Virus record (IMG/VR): IMGVR_UViG_3300000295_000002
Location: 1-64,000 of that record
Strand: one strand, 5' to 3'
Length of the DNA: 64,000 nt
Origin: a virus
This document shows positions 44,312-54,807 of the stretch, one piece after another. The position numbers and the translations under genes were made by a program. Position 1 is the first letter of the stretch. Each line of letters starts with the position of its first letter. Below the pieces are notes generated by a model. It was not told the origin of the DNA and did no database searches. It saw only the letters and a program-made list of their open reading frames with translations.

Positions 44312-44677
44312 ATGGATTATTGGAGTGCAAATTTCTATAAAGCAAATAATGAAAGAACGGCTGCTATTCTTGATAAAGTGAAAAAGGGTGTATGGCTGTT
44401 TTTGAAAGACGAAGATGTTGTGAGGAAAGATAATTGTTTCCTACATAAATTTGGTGTTCTGTCGGAAAGCCGTTATAAGAATCCTACACCTTTTCTTGCA
44501 GAAGTTGGAGAAGAAGAAACCATTTTGAAACCTGCTTTCGATGTTCAAGGAATGTATGATATATGTAATGTTGATGTTGGTGGAAAATGTGGTTTGTTTA
44601 AAACAAACAAAGACCATGACTGCATAATCGTGAACACGCGATTTTTTCTATTAGGTCTTGAATTAAAAGATGTTTAA
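44312..44677 (+). CDS. hypothetical protein
   Basis: ORF track. Confidence 0.55.
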   Translation: MDYWSANFYKANNERTAAILDKVKKGVWLFLKDEDVVRKDNCFLHKFGVLSESRYKNPTPFLAEVGEEETILKPAFDVQGMYDICNVDVGGKCGLFKTNKDHDCIIVNTRFFLLGLELKDV

Positions 44678-44694
44678 CATAAATAGTTGAAAAT

Positions 44695-45048
44695 ATGAAG
44701 AAGTTTTTATTAGTTGCATTAATTGCAGTGGTGTCGCTATTGGCATCATGTAGCAGAAATCAGAGATTCCAAGAAGGCAATCGTGAGTTGTATGACACTA
44801 TTACGGTGTACTCTGTTGACAAAATCGTAGAAACGTCTGGCAGTAAAGACAGAATCAGGACAGATACTTATTATCTTGTTGCTACAGACAAGGGAGCGTA
44901 TCGTATAGATTTGTACGGAATATGGGGTAATCCTCAACTTGTTGGAGTTATAAAACAGAATAGAACATATATTGTTGAAACAAAATGGTTCGATGCTCCA
45001 ATTCTTAAGGAATACAAACGTATAACTAAACTGATTCGTGAATTATGA
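44695..45048 (+). CDS. lipoprotein
   Basis: MKKFLLVALIAVVSLLASC lipobox-like signal. Confidence 0.6.
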   Translation: MKKFLLVALIAVVSLLASCSRNQRFQEGNRELYDTITVYSVDKIVETSGSKDRIRTDTYYLVATDKGAYRIDLYGIWGNPQLVGVIKQNRTYIVETKWFDAPILKEYKRITKLIREL

Positions 45049-45449
45049 AGAAGAAAGGATATTACGAATACGACCCTGTTATCTATCCGAGATTGTTATG
45101 TGTCGCTATTGGCATGAGCCAAGAAGATGCTAATAAGTGTTTCGAAGGTAGAAATGGCGAGGTTTTGAAGGTTGATTTCTCTAATTATGACGCAATAACC
45201 TACGATATAGTTAGAGAAAAGGAGAATAAGAGGCTTTGTTCATTTATTAATTTTGCAAGCAAGGATTCTATGAAGATGGGGGTTTGTTGCCATGAAGCTT
45301 CTCATGCCTGCGATGACATCGAGGATGATATTGGTATGGAACATGGCGGCGAGCCTTCTGCCTACTTGATTGGCTGGATTGCGTCTTGCATCAACAAGGC
45401 TCGTTTGGGCATTGGAGATTTCGTAGAAATTAAAGATAAGGAGGAATAG
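45045..45449 (+). CDS. putative zinc metallopeptidase-like protein (HExxH)
   Basis: CCHEASHACDD. Confidence 0.4.
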   Translation: MKKKGYYEYDPVIYPRLLCVAIGMSQEDANKCFEGRNGEVLKVDFSNYDAITYDIVREKENKRLCSFINFASKDSMKMGVCCHEASHACDDIEDDIGMEHGGEPSAYLIGWIASCINKARLGIGDFVEIKDKEE

Positions 45450-45452
45450 CTT

Positions 45453-45839
45453 ATGAGAAATTATTGCTATAAGGTTTCAAAGAATGGATGGAGAAGTCAC
45501 GATAAGATAGATACCATTACTGGTATTCACGTGTACGAACTTAACAAAACAAAGCATGACACAGAGCTTTGTGAAAAAGGCGTGATGTGCGAGGTGTACG
45601 AGGAAGGAACGTTCTACGATGAGCATGATGAGTTTTATTTCCAAGCAAAGAATACTGTCAAGGCTTCAAAAATCGGATTCTCGCATTATATCAACCGAGA
45701 CTTACAGAAGCTCGGTGATAAGAATGTTAGGTTGTTCTTGATGGATAATAGTATTTCCTTTGATGATGCTATGGCGTTATCGGAATCGGATGCTTACAAA
45801 AAGTGTAAGGAGTATTACAAACGTTTAACAGAGAAATAG
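45453..45839 (+). CDS. hypothetical protein
   Basis: ORF track. Confidence 0.55.
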   Translation: MRNYCYKVSKNGWRSHDKIDTITGIHVYELNKTKHDTELCEKGVMCEVYEEGTFYDEHDEFYFQAKNTVKASKIGFSHYINRDLQKLGDKNVRLFLMDNSISFDDAMALSESDAYKKCKEYYKRLTEK

Positions 45840-45842
45840 CTT

Positions 45843-46169
45843 ATGGATAAAAACGAGAAATTAAAACTTGGTGACATTTTTCTTGCGCCAAAAGAGTTTT
45901 TTCTAAATAATTCCGATGGAAAGCTAAAGCAGAAAATAGAAAGTTATGCGGAAGTAAGAAAAGATGGCAGGGTTATGTGCGCGGTTGTTGAGGATGTAAA
46001 TTCAGTTTTCCCCAATGAATCATTATATACAATCGCTGTGAAACAAAAACAATTTGCACCTCCAATTAGGGTTTGTGTCAGTAAGGATTATAACCTTGAT
46101 TGTTTTGAATTGCTTTCTGAAAAAGAGATGAAAGTTGCTGGTTTACTTTGGTTTTGTTATGGTGTTTAA
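45843..46169 (+). CDS. hypothetical protein
   Basis: ORF track. Confidence 0.55.
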   Translation: MDKNEKLKLGDIFLAPKEFFLNNSDGKLKQKIESYAEVRKDGRVMCAVVEDVNSVFPNESLYTIAVKQKQFAPPIRVCVSKDYNLDCFELLSEKEMKVAGLLWFCYGV

Positions 46170-46187
46170 TATAGAAGGAAATAGCTT

Positions 46188-46679
46188 ATGATTAAGATTG
46201 AAGATATTAAGATTGGCTCTATCTTGCAGATTAGGAAGGTAGATTTGGAAGATATTACTAGTTCTGTGTTTATCGAGATTATAGACCCTAACAATATATA
46301 TGACTCATTTGCCATTGAAGTCATTGATATGGCTGATGGAGTGTGTGTAATATCATGTACTAAAAGAAATAAATCCATTGGTGTGGATGCGGATAAATTA
46401 GCGAAGGTTTCCGTCTTCGCAAACGAATCTGCAAACAAAAAGACGGAGCAAGTATCTCATCCATCCCATTATGCGTGGTTGAATGATTTGTGCGGTGTTG
46501 AGCCTTTGGATATTTGCAGACATCTTGACTTCAATACAGGGAACGCTATCAAGTATCTCTTGCGCAAGGATAAGGTGGATGGCAACAAAACAAAGACCGA
46601 GAAGCGCATTGAGGACTTGCGTAAGGCGGTGTTTTATATCCAAGACGAAATAAAATTATTGGAGCATGGCACAGACTAA
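46188..46679 (+). CDS. DUF3310-like protein
   Basis: HPSHYAW...EPLDI...FNTGNAIKYLLRKDK...DLRKAVFYI pattern. Confidence 0.5.
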   Translation: MIKIEDIKIGSILQIRKVDLEDITSSVFIEIIDPNNIYDSFAIEVIDMADGVCVISCTKRNKSIGVDADKLAKVSVFANESANKKTEQVSHPSHYAWLNDLCGVEPLDICRHLDFNTGNAIKYLLRKDKVDGNKTKTEKRIEDLRKAVFYIQDEIKLLEHGTD

Positions 46680-46935
46680 ATACACTTGTAAGGATTGCGT
46701 ATTGTTGAATGATGAAGATTCTGAGTTCCCATATTGCTTGGGCAAAGACTTATATACATACACAAATCCTGACGATGATGCTTGCGGAGACATTATTCCG
46801 CTGGTATATACGTGCAAGGATTGTTTCTTCTTCAAGGATGGGGTTTGCAATGACCCTAATGAGATTAGGTTTACTTCTGAGGAGAATCCATCTTGCACAG
46901 GTTTCGAGTACAAAACGATTGTAGAACAAAAATAA
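46666..46935 (+). CDS. small Cys-rich protein with internal duplication
   Basis: The YTCKDC motif occurs twice. Confidence 0.5.
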   Translation: MAQTKYTCKDCVLLNDEDSEFPYCLGKDLYTYTNPDDDACGDIIPLVYTCKDCFFFKDGVCNDPNEIRFTSEENPSCTGFEYKTIVEQK

Positions 46936-46945
46936 ATATATAGTT

Positions 46946-47521
46946 ATGGCTAGAATTGCAAAAAAGAAGACTGTTGACAACAATGCAGGTTTGCTTAAAG
47001 TTGTTGACGGAATCAACAAGAAAGATGTTGAAAGCGTTACCGACTTCGGTCATTTCTTCATCGTAATTTTGAAGGATTGTGCTATTTTCCACACACATAT
47101 TGGATTTGAAGCACGTTTTAAGCGTTGGGGCGGTGTTGATATGGAAGGACACGCGCTTACCACTACAACATTCGCGTGGCTTGAAAATCTTGTTGCGATG
47201 AAGAAAGAAGTAAAGGGGAAAGAGAATGATATTTTCCCTGAGACAGATGTTACTTATCAGGATATGCTTGATAGTATGGTTATCATCACAGAAGCCAACA
47301 TTACTCATCCGATTACAGCGTTCACTGATGCAGATGATGCAGCAAAATTTGCAAAAGAAAAACTTGATTACATCGGTCGTATGCAGAAAGAGTTGGAAAC
47401 TGTAATGAACACTCAAGTTTCCGAAGAGACAGAGGAAGACTTGAAGAAGAACTTTGAGCACGGTCAGAAAGCAATATTGGCAGAGCAAGCAGCCGAGGCT
47501 CTTAATCAAGGAAAGGAATAG
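46946..47521 (+). CDS. hypothetical protein
   Basis: ORF track. Confidence 0.6.
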   Translation: MARIAKKKTVDNNAGLLKVVDGINKKDVESVTDFGHFFIVILKDCAIFHTHIGFEARFKRWGGVDMEGHALTTTTFAWLENLVAMKKEVKGKENDIFPETDVTYQDMLDSMVIITEANITHPITAFTDADDAAKFAKEKLDYIGRMQKELETVMNTQVSEETEEDLKKNFEHGQKAILAEQAAEALNQGKE

Positions 47522-47524
47522 CTT

Positions 47525-47857
47525 ATGTATAATGAATGGTATATAGAACTGAAATACGGACTATTCCGAGATTACAGGATTGTAAGGATGTGTGATGCTA
47601 ACGGAGTGAAACGAGACGGTATCTTTATACCATTCATTCAGAACGGAATCAAATGGGATGGTGTAAAGGTTAAGAATCCTGTTCAGTATCTAAAGCCGAT
47701 TTGGGCTGCCGCCGATGGTTCTAGATTACACAAGTTAGTTCCCATGGTTTCTGTGGATTTTAGACAGAAAATGGAAGATGCAGGTGTTTTATCACCAGAT
47801 GATAAATATCCTTGTGATACGGTAGGTTACGTTTATAAAGATAAAAATAAGATATAA
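47525..47857 (+). CDS. hypothetical protein
   Basis: ORF track. Confidence 0.55.
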   Translation: MYNEWYIELKYGLFRDYRIVRMCDANGVKRDGIFIPFIQNGIKWDGVKVKNPVQYLKPIWAAADGSRLHKLVPMVSVDFRQKMEDAGVLSPDDKYPCDTVGYVYKDKNKI

Positions 47858-47862
47858 CGGCT

Positions 47863-48210
47863 ATGATATACTTAGGTAATGATACAATGGATAAGGTAGA
47901 GCGGATGGTTTGCGAACAAGTGAACACGGCTATGAGTACTGAGGAAAAGGAAGGAGTGAATGCAGATGATTTATATGTCGGCAACACTAATATTCCTTTT
48001 GCGAGAGCGGTAGCAAGAAACTTTGTTCTTGACGTTCTTCACAATCGGTATGGTTTTTCCTATGCCGTTATCGCACAGCGCGCGGACATCAATGAGAAAT
48101 CTGCTATGCGATGTGTCCGCAAGTGCCACGAGCTTGTCGGGTACGATAAAACCTATGCGTATGTGAACACTTTAATTAACGATAGATTGAGAGAATGGTA
48201 TGGGGAATAG
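47863..48210 (+). CDS. HTH protein, DnaA domain-IV-like (tentative)
   Basis: ARAVARNFVLDVLHNRYGFSYAVIAQRADINEKSAMRCVRKC resembles the DnaA C-terminal pattern. Confidence 0.35.
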   Translation: MIYLGNDTMDKVERMVCEQVNTAMSTEEKEGVNADDLYVGNTNIPFARAVARNFVLDVLHNRYGFSYAVIAQRADINEKSAMRCVRKCHELVGYDKTYAYVNTLINDRLREWYGE

Positions 48211-48733
48211 CAATGAATTATTGACGTTGAAGCGCAATGCCCTAAGATTGGGATTGTGCGGAGAATATAAAGGGAAATGGGATTCTGCCGCGAGTAAGCG
48301 AGAATTGGTAAATATGGCTCTTGATTCAAACGGAATTGAGTTTATGGCTGATTCTATTGCTTTCGGATGGGGATTGTCAAAAGAGTACCTTTTGAAAGAG
48401 TTTGGTGAGTTTGCCAATGGATTCTACCAATGTAACGAGCACGGATATACTAGCGAAATGTATATAGGTGCTCATGGAGTTATCAAGGCGCGCTCTACGA
48501 TTATTCTTGTCGCATACTGCAAGGATTTGGAAATTGAAGTTCCTGAGAATATGGTTACTCGCATATATGTGTGCGGAAAGAGTGAAGTTCGCATCGAATG
48601 CAAAGGAAAATGTGACCTTGTAGAGTACGGAGAGGATAATGATGTTAAAATCATTGGCTACGATGACGTAAATATGACGTTAGGGCACGTTTACACATCA
48701 GAGTGGAATAGTTGTAAGGACGAGCAGAAATAA
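48200..48733 (+). CDS. hypothetical protein
   Basis: ORF track. Confidence 0.55.
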   Translation: MGNSNELLTLKRNALRLGLCGEYKGKWDSAASKRELVNMALDSNGIEFMADSIAFGWGLSKEYLLKEFGEFANGFYQCNEHGYTSEMYIGAHGVIKARSTIILVAYCKDLEIEVPENMVTRIYVCGKSEVRIECKGKCDLVEYGEDNDVKIIGYDDVNMTLGHVYTSEWNSCKDEQK

Positions 48734-48883
48734 CGTCTTACGGCTCATTTAAATAGCAAAGTTTGGTAAAAATATTTATATTATTTTCTTGTTTACAGAG
48801 TGTACGGCGGTACACACAGACATAAAGTGTAATTTTACTTTTTATATTAGTTAAGGTTTAGTTAGATTTATGTTGATTAAAAA

Positions 48884-48915
48884 GGGCAAGTTCAGTTGTG
48901 AAACCGAGCTTGCCC
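48884..48915. terminator. bidirectional terminator between convergent blocks
   Basis: GGGCAAG-18 nt-CTTGCCC flanked by A-run and T-run. Confidence 0.55.
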
Positions 48916-48941
48916 TAATTTTATATATAGAACACTGAAAA

Positions 48942-51900
48942 CTAATTCATAAACACCTTGATACCATTTCTTCCTTGCTTGTGACCGCCCTTTACACAGC
49001 TGGTCAGAGTGTCGCGAATATCAGTAAGTATTGTTGTCTGCAATCTCAACTCAATGAGTACAGGACTGCTTGATGTATCTTGTGTTATCGCGCTGATACT
49101 ATTGCCGAGCTTCTCTAACAGAGTGTCGCGGATGATACGAATGTCTGCTTGTTGAGTAGCTACATAAAACCTGAGAGAATTGAGTATCGATTCCAACGCC
49201 TGTGCGGTTGATTCTGTATCAGACTGAATACCTTGCTGCAAAGCAGAGATATTTGAACTGCCTTTTGGTTTATATCCTAATCCATCAACGAATGATTTCA
49301 ACATATCAGAAACACCTTTCAGTTTATCCTTACCGGTTGTCATAATATTATCCAATTCAGCTTTAACCAAATTCAATCCATTATTTCCACCATCGCTTCC
49401 TTGTTCGACCGCATTGTCAATCTTTTTAAACAACGGCTCTAGCATCTTACCAACAATACGTTGTGTAGCTTGCTTAACTATGAGGTTCTGTATATACTCA
49501 TCGAATTTATCATTAAGTGCTTCGAGAGCATCGCTTCCTTCGTTGTAAGCATCAACCCAAGTCTTTGCAAACTCCTCTGCTGCCGACTTATAGTTAGCCT
49601 TTGTCCCGAATCCGCCAAGTTGTTCTGTAAGACTTTGTTCTGCCTTCTCGATAGCCTTGTTGTTGGCTTCGATTTGTTTGCGGTACTCTTCAATCTTATC
49701 ATTATCGGTCTTCTTCTTGTCCTGCTCTGCTTTTATCATTGATTCAAGGTTGGCATTCTGAGTTTTGAGATTCTTAACCATCTCATCATTGTATTGTGCC
49801 AAACGTTCAATATCAAAAGCATTATCCATAGCATCTTTGAGTTCGCTGTATCTCTCTCGCAGTTTTTCAATCGCCTTTTGGTGATTTTCAATCTGCTTTT
49901 GCAGTTTTTTATCTTTTGTTCCCCATCCGAAGATGCCGCCAAGAGTTTTTCCGATGCCTCCGATAACACCTATCGTACCTTTGACAACAGAGAATGGTCT
50001 AGTAATATCAATACCTTCAAGAGAAGAACCAATCTTACTGATTCCATCTACAACCTCTGATAAATCGTCAGACATTTCGATGTTAGCACCCCAGTCATTC
50101 AATGCGCTAAAAAGTTCTGTAACGGAACTAGCTGCATCAGAGAAGTTTTGCCCGATATTCTGAACTTGCTGTTGTAAAGTCTTCTGCAACTTCTGTCCGT
50201 TTCGTATCTGCTCTGCTTGCTTTTCTGTTATCTTTCCTTGCGCTACAAGCTGGTCTGTTATTACACGAAGTCTTTCCTTGTCAATATCCCAAAGGATTCT
50301 TGCCTGAATGGCTTCTTTTGAAGCAACACCATATTTTATTACTGCATTATTGTAAGCAATCTCTGCATTTTTGACATCCTTATTCGCATTGCTTTGGTCG
50401 TTTTTCAATATCTGCTCTTTTTGGGTAGCATCAATATACTCTTCCTCTAGCTTTTTGCGCTGCTTGGCAAATTTCAGGTATTCCTTGAAATTCTTGCCAA
50501 TGTTACTATAAGGATTTCTCTCAACAAGTAAAGCATCTATCTTATTAATCTGCTCAACTATCTGTTTTAATTGCTCTGGAGTGAGATTTTTCATCGAAGA
50601 ACGTAATCCTTCAAGTCTCGCTTTCATTGCAGTAAGCACGCGGTTTGATGTGTGGTCTAGATTCTCAAAGATAGAAATATACATATCGCTATTCTGAAAA
50701 TCTTTCCAAGAATTAGTATCTGTCTTTGAAGCATATTGCTTATCAAGGTTATCTTGAAGCTGCTTCTGCAAATCTTTGTTCTTGGATATATTCGCATTGC
50801 TTTGGATTTTCTGCTTTTCCTCAATGTACCACTTATCCAACTGTAACTGGTCGGAAAGTTGCTGCTTGTATGCCTTAATCAGCTCTTGTGCTTGATTAAT
50901 TTGGTCTTGATAGACTTCCTTATCAAGTTTCTGCATTTGTGACGCGTATTCCTTTGCAACATCATCACCCCACTTATTTTGGTCTTTACCCCATTTTGCC
51001 TCGAAATCATCTGTAATAGACTTTCGCACATCATCGAATGAAGAGGTTAAGTCACCGAACATGCTTTTGATGATGCTATCAGAAAGACCTTCACCTTTGA
51101 GTTTCTTAAACAAATCGAGCTGTGAGAATGCTTCTTGCGCATTGTTCTTCGCATCGTCAAGTTGTTGCTTGAAATACTCCTCATCAATATCAAGACGGAT
51201 TTCGGTAGCGTTGCGTAATGCGCTGCCACGCTTTCCGAGTTCCTTATATAGGCTTGCAAGATATTCTATCTTCTTTGCAATAGTCTGGCGGTCTGGGATA
51301 AAGTTGTTTATATTCATACCAACATTCTTTGCCGCCAACGCAAAGTGCTTACGAACATCGGCTGTGGCTTGCTCTTCGCCTTCGTATTTAATGAGTTTCT
51401 GATATTCAGAACTCATATCCTTCAACAGAGAAATGCGCTCGTTGATAATATCACGCTGTACCCTATCGTGTTTAGTGGTATTTTTTCTGATTTTATTGTA
51501 CCCCATAATACGGTCGGCAGCTTCCTTGTAACCTTGCCCCAACTGAGAAATATCCTTGTATAGGTCGTTTATCTCCCTTGTGGTTGCAGCCTCATTATAC
51601 CCAGCCAACTTCATTGTGCCACCTTTGAGATTGTGTCGCTTAGTCACAAGTTCTTGCAGCTTTTTAAGTTGTTCTTGTGCCTCTGCATCAAACTCTCCGT
51701 ATGCGCTTTTAGGGTCTAGTTTGATAGGGTCGTAAGTAAAGGTGATATGATAAGTGTTATTAGCAAACGCCTTATCCATCTGTGCCTTAATGGACGCAAT
51801 ATCATTCTTCGCTTGTGTTGTATCAAGTCTTGCTGTAACTTTAAAATACTCCTTCGCGTGTTTTTTAGACCAACTATTCCATCCTTCCTCTGCTGCTACA

Positions 51901-54563
51901 GTATCAAGAATGAGTTCTACGGTTTTCTTGTCGGCAATTCTATTAAGATATCCAAGCGAAGTTTCAAGCTCTTTATCAAACTCTTCTGCTTTACTTGTAA
52001 TATCAGCAAAGAGACCGCTGTATAATTTTTGCAATGGAACAAGCTGTTCCCAAATACCACTGCCTTCTCCTGATAATAGTATTACTTTGCGGATTGCCTC
52101 TTGCATAGCTTTGTAATATTCAAGTTCATCCGCATAGTCTTCTTTGTTTTGCTTAACAGAATGAAGGTATTCCTTTGCCGTGCCATTTAAAGACTGATAA
52201 TTTATCTTTAATATGTTTACAGCTTGGTCTATCTTTTCTGTATTGGAAAGCATTTCGTCGATTGCATCATTGTACTGATTTGCATCTTTCGTTATTCCGT
52301 CAGAAATAAATCCATCAGGGTTTTCGGCAATTTTTCTTCTTGCCTTTACAACCAAGTCTTGGAATTGCAGTAGTTTAACTTGCAGGTTTCTGAACGTTTT
52401 ATCAAGTTCAGCTTCGTTAAGACCTAAAACGTTTAATTTTATATCAAAGCCCTTATCGTTTAGAGATTTAATGAGCTTTTCAATAATTGCGCGCTTTTTC
52501 TCGATTGCATCATTTCTTGAATAACTTTGTTCTTTGTTGTTTGCACCATCAATAGCATTTCCAAGTTCAGCGTATTGCCTTGCGAGGTCAAAGACTTCTG
52601 CTTTTTCCTTTACGTGTTCCGCATTTATTTTTTCAATCTGCTCATTATAATCAGAGTATAAAGAATACAATTTATATAAAGCAGAAAAAACTGCCGCAAT
52701 AGCAATAGTGTAAATGTTTGACGCAAGAGCATATTTAAGGTTTTTGCCAAAAGTCAATGCAGCAGCACCAGCAGACTTTATACCGCTAGTAAGCAGTTTC
52801 CAAGTTGTTAAATTCTTTGTTGCGTTTGCAGCCACATTTGAAGTAAACATCGCACTGAAAGCAACGCCAGTCTTTACCGATTGGAGATACATAATCGACA
52901 ATACGGAAGCAAGGGCGATACCTACATTCTTTATAGCCTCCCAATGCTTTAGTAATTCTGTTGCGGTAGAAATCATTCCCTTAAACAAGCCATCGTTAGC
53001 CTTGCCAATATCATTGAGCATCACATCGAAAGCATCCTTCAAGTTGGAAATCTTACCTTGGAGAGTTTCAGCCTGTATCTCTTGCATATTGTAGAATGTT
53101 CCACCCTTATCGGTAATGCGTTGGAATATTGCCTCAACATCCTCAAATGTAACCTTGCGCTTGGAAATCATATCAACAATCTGTGCAGTCGTGTACGCTT
53201 CTCCCTTAACTTCCTTGAAGTATTGTTGCAACTCACCATACATATTGATACCAGCCTCAGTAAACTGACGAACCTCAGAACCGCGAAGGTATGCAGCAGC
53301 CTTGACTTGTCCGTATGCAAGGATAAGTCTTCCCATATCAACGCCAAGACCTGCTGAAACATCGGCAAGTCGCTTGGTTGTATCATAAAGTTTATCAGAC
53401 TCAATTCGGTAAGCGGAAAGTTGTCGTGTGTAATCCACCAAGTCCTTGATACGGAAAGGTGATTTAACGGCAAGTTCTACTGTTTTGTTGAAAATCTCGT
53501 CTGCCTTTGGCTTGTTCTGCAAGATAGCTTCGAGTGAACGCTCTGAAAGTTCAAACTGACCTCTGACTGATGCAATCTGCTCGACAAAATTCTTGACAGA
53601 ACCCACTGAGAATGCAAATGCCATACGCTGTGCCCAACGTGACATATATCCAGCCATATATGATGTTTGTTCGGTCAACGCGCGAGAATTAACACCAGCC
53701 TCTTTCAGGTTTTTGTTATGTTGCTCAATGGCAGCATTGAGAATATCCAATTTTCGCTTATAATCAGCATCTGTTTGAGACAACTTCATACGAGCCTCTT
53801 TCAGATATTCAATAGCGCGTACTTGGCGATTGAGTGTATTTGCAGTAGCAGAGAAATCCAATGCTCCTTGATAAGTTGTATTGGATTTGTAGTTTTTGTT
53901 TTGATAGTCTTTTGCCCTATCGGAATAAAGCTTTCTCTGTTTGTTGTTGTATGATTGTTCTGCGCTAACCAATCTGTCAAGAGCCTTCTGAAAAGCAACA
54001 ACACGTTCATTATACATCTGTTGCTGATATTTCAGTTCGTCTTGAAGCGATTTCTTGCGCTTTATGAGCGCATCTTGGTCTGCCTTGGTGAGGTTATTGC
54101 TTGTATCTCTAAGCATTCTTTCAATCCCACCAATTTCTTGCTTTAACTCAGCAATATTCATACCGCTAGCACCATTTGCCGATTCCTGTAATCTCTGAAA
54201 TGCAAGTGCCGCTTGCATAATACCACTAGTGCCAGAACCATTCATCTTAGATAGCTGTGCTACCATATTTTGAATGTTCTGTGCTGCTGACGTAATATTA
54301 TTGTTCGTGTTACCTACATTTGAGATGCCATTGCTTGCATTTGCAGCAGATGCATTGATTGTTGCGAGTTTTGCTATAACTTGGTCTAAAGAATCAAGGA
54401 ACGGCTTAGTACCAACAGACATATCCTTGAAAGATTGTGTTACACTAGACGCGGTATTTTTAGCCGTATCTTGTATGTCTTTCAATTTCTTGTCTGCTTG
54501 TTCTATAGCATCTAACGCACTTTTAGGAATGGTTAGAGCTGCTCCTAATGATGAATCTGCCAT
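48942..54563 (-). CDS. tail tape measure protein
   Basis: 1873-aa coiled-coil-rich ORF with a hydrophobic central segment, located after two small chaperone-position genes. Confidence 0.8.
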   Translation of the reverse strand: MADSSLGAALTIPKSALDAIEQADKKLKDIQDTAKNTASSVTQSFKDMSVGTKPFLDSLDQVIAKLATINASAANASNGISNVGNTNNNITSAAQNIQNMVAQLSKMNGSGTSGIMQAALAFQRLQESANGASGMNIAELKQEIGGIERMLRDTSNNLTKADQDALIKRKKSLQDELKYQQQMYNERVVAFQKALDRLVSAEQSYNNKQRKLYSDRAKDYQNKNYKSNTTYQGALDFSATANTLNRQVRAIEYLKEARMKLSQTDADYKRKLDILNAAIEQHNKNLKEAGVNSRALTEQTSYMAGYMSRWAQRMAFAFSVGSVKNFVEQIASVRGQFELSERSLEAILQNKPKADEIFNKTVELAVKSPFRIKDLVDYTRQLSAYRIESDKLYDTTKRLADVSAGLGVDMGRLILAYGQVKAAAYLRGSEVRQFTEAGINMYGELQQYFKEVKGEAYTTAQIVDMISKRKVTFEDVEAIFQRITDKGGTFYNMQEIQAETLQGKISNLKDAFDVMLNDIGKANDGLFKGMISTATELLKHWEAIKNVGIALASVLSIMYLQSVKTGVAFSAMFTSNVAANATKNLTTWKLLTSGIKSAGAAALTFGKNLKYALASNIYTIAIAAVFSALYKLYSLYSDYNEQIEKINAEHVKEKAEVFDLARQYAELGNAIDGANNKEQSYSRNDAIEKKRAIIEKLIKSLNDKGFDIKLNVLGLNEAELDKTFRNLQVKLLQFQDLVVKARRKIAENPDGFISDGITKDANQYNDAIDEMLSNTEKIDQAVNILKINYQSLNGTAKEYLHSVKQNKEDYADELEYYKAMQEAIRKVILLSGEGSGIWEQLVPLQKLYSGLFADITSKAEEFDKELETSLGYLNRIADKKTVELILDTVAAEEGWNSWSKKHAKEYFKVTARLDTTQAKNDIASIKAQMDKAFANNTYHITFTYDPIKLDPKSAYGEFDAEAQEQLKKLQELVTKRHNLKGGTMKLAGYNEAATTREINDLYKDISQLGQGYKEAADRIMGYNKIRKNTTKHDRVQRDIINERISLLKDMSSEYQKLIKYEGEEQATADVRKHFALAAKNVGMNINNFIPDRQTIAKKIEYLASLYKELGKRGSALRNATEIRLDIDEEYFKQQLDDAKNNAQEAFSQLDLFKKLKGEGLSDSIIKSMFGDLTSSFDDVRKSITDDFEAKWGKDQNKWGDDVAKEYASQMQKLDKEVYQDQINQAQELIKAYKQQLSDQLQLDKWYIEEKQKIQSNANISKNKDLQKQLQDNLDKQYASKTDTNSWKDFQNSDMYISIFENLDHTSNRVLTAMKARLEGLRSSMKNLTPEQLKQIVEQINKIDALLVERNPYSNIGKNFKEYLKFAKQRKKLEEEYIDATQKEQILKNDQSNANKDVKNAEIAYNNAVIKYGVASKEAIQARILWDIDKERLRVITDQLVAQGKITEKQAEQIRNGQKLQKTLQQQVQNIGQNFSDAASSVTELFSALNDWGANIEMSDDLSEVVDGISKIGSSLEGIDITRPFSVVKGTIGVIGGIGKTLGGIFGWGTKDKKLQKQIENHQKAIEKLRERYSELKDAMDNAFDIERLAQYNDEMVKNLKTQNANLESMIKAEQDKKKTDNDKIEEYRKQIEANNKAIEKAEQSLTEQLGGFGTKANYKSAAEEFAKTWVDAYNEGSDALEALNDKFDEYIQNLIVKQATQRIVGKMLEPLFKKIDNAVEQGSDGGNNGLNLVKAELDNIMTTGKDKLKGVSDMLKSFVDGLGYKPKGSSNISALQQGIQSDTESTAQALESILNSLRFYVATQQADIRIIRDTLLEKLGNSISAITQDTSSSPVLIELRLQTTILTDIRDTLTSCVKGGHKQGRNGIKVFMN

Positions 54564-54582
54564 AATTCAAAAGTTTAAGAGT

Positions 54583-54807
54583 TTATAAAATAGGTATTCC
54601 AAGGTCATTGAGATTTCGTAAATCCTCTGCACCATTGATTACCTTTGCATTCTTTAATTTGTCGTTCTTCTGATTTTTGTCTTTGTCTGACGAAATATAT
54701 TCAATATGAGTAAAATCCATAGACGCAAGGCGAATCTGCGGAACGGTCATTCTCCACTTATATTCTTCTTGCGAGCACCATGTGTTGGCACGTAAGAAAT
54801 CTATCAT
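54583..54807 (-). CDS. tail assembly chaperone-position protein (small)
   Basis: Synteny directly upstream of the tape measure gene. Confidence 0.4.
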   Translation of the reverse strand: MIDFLRANTWCSQEEYKWRMTVPQIRLASMDFTHIEYISSDKDKNQKNDKLKNAKVINGAEDLRNLNDLGIPIL

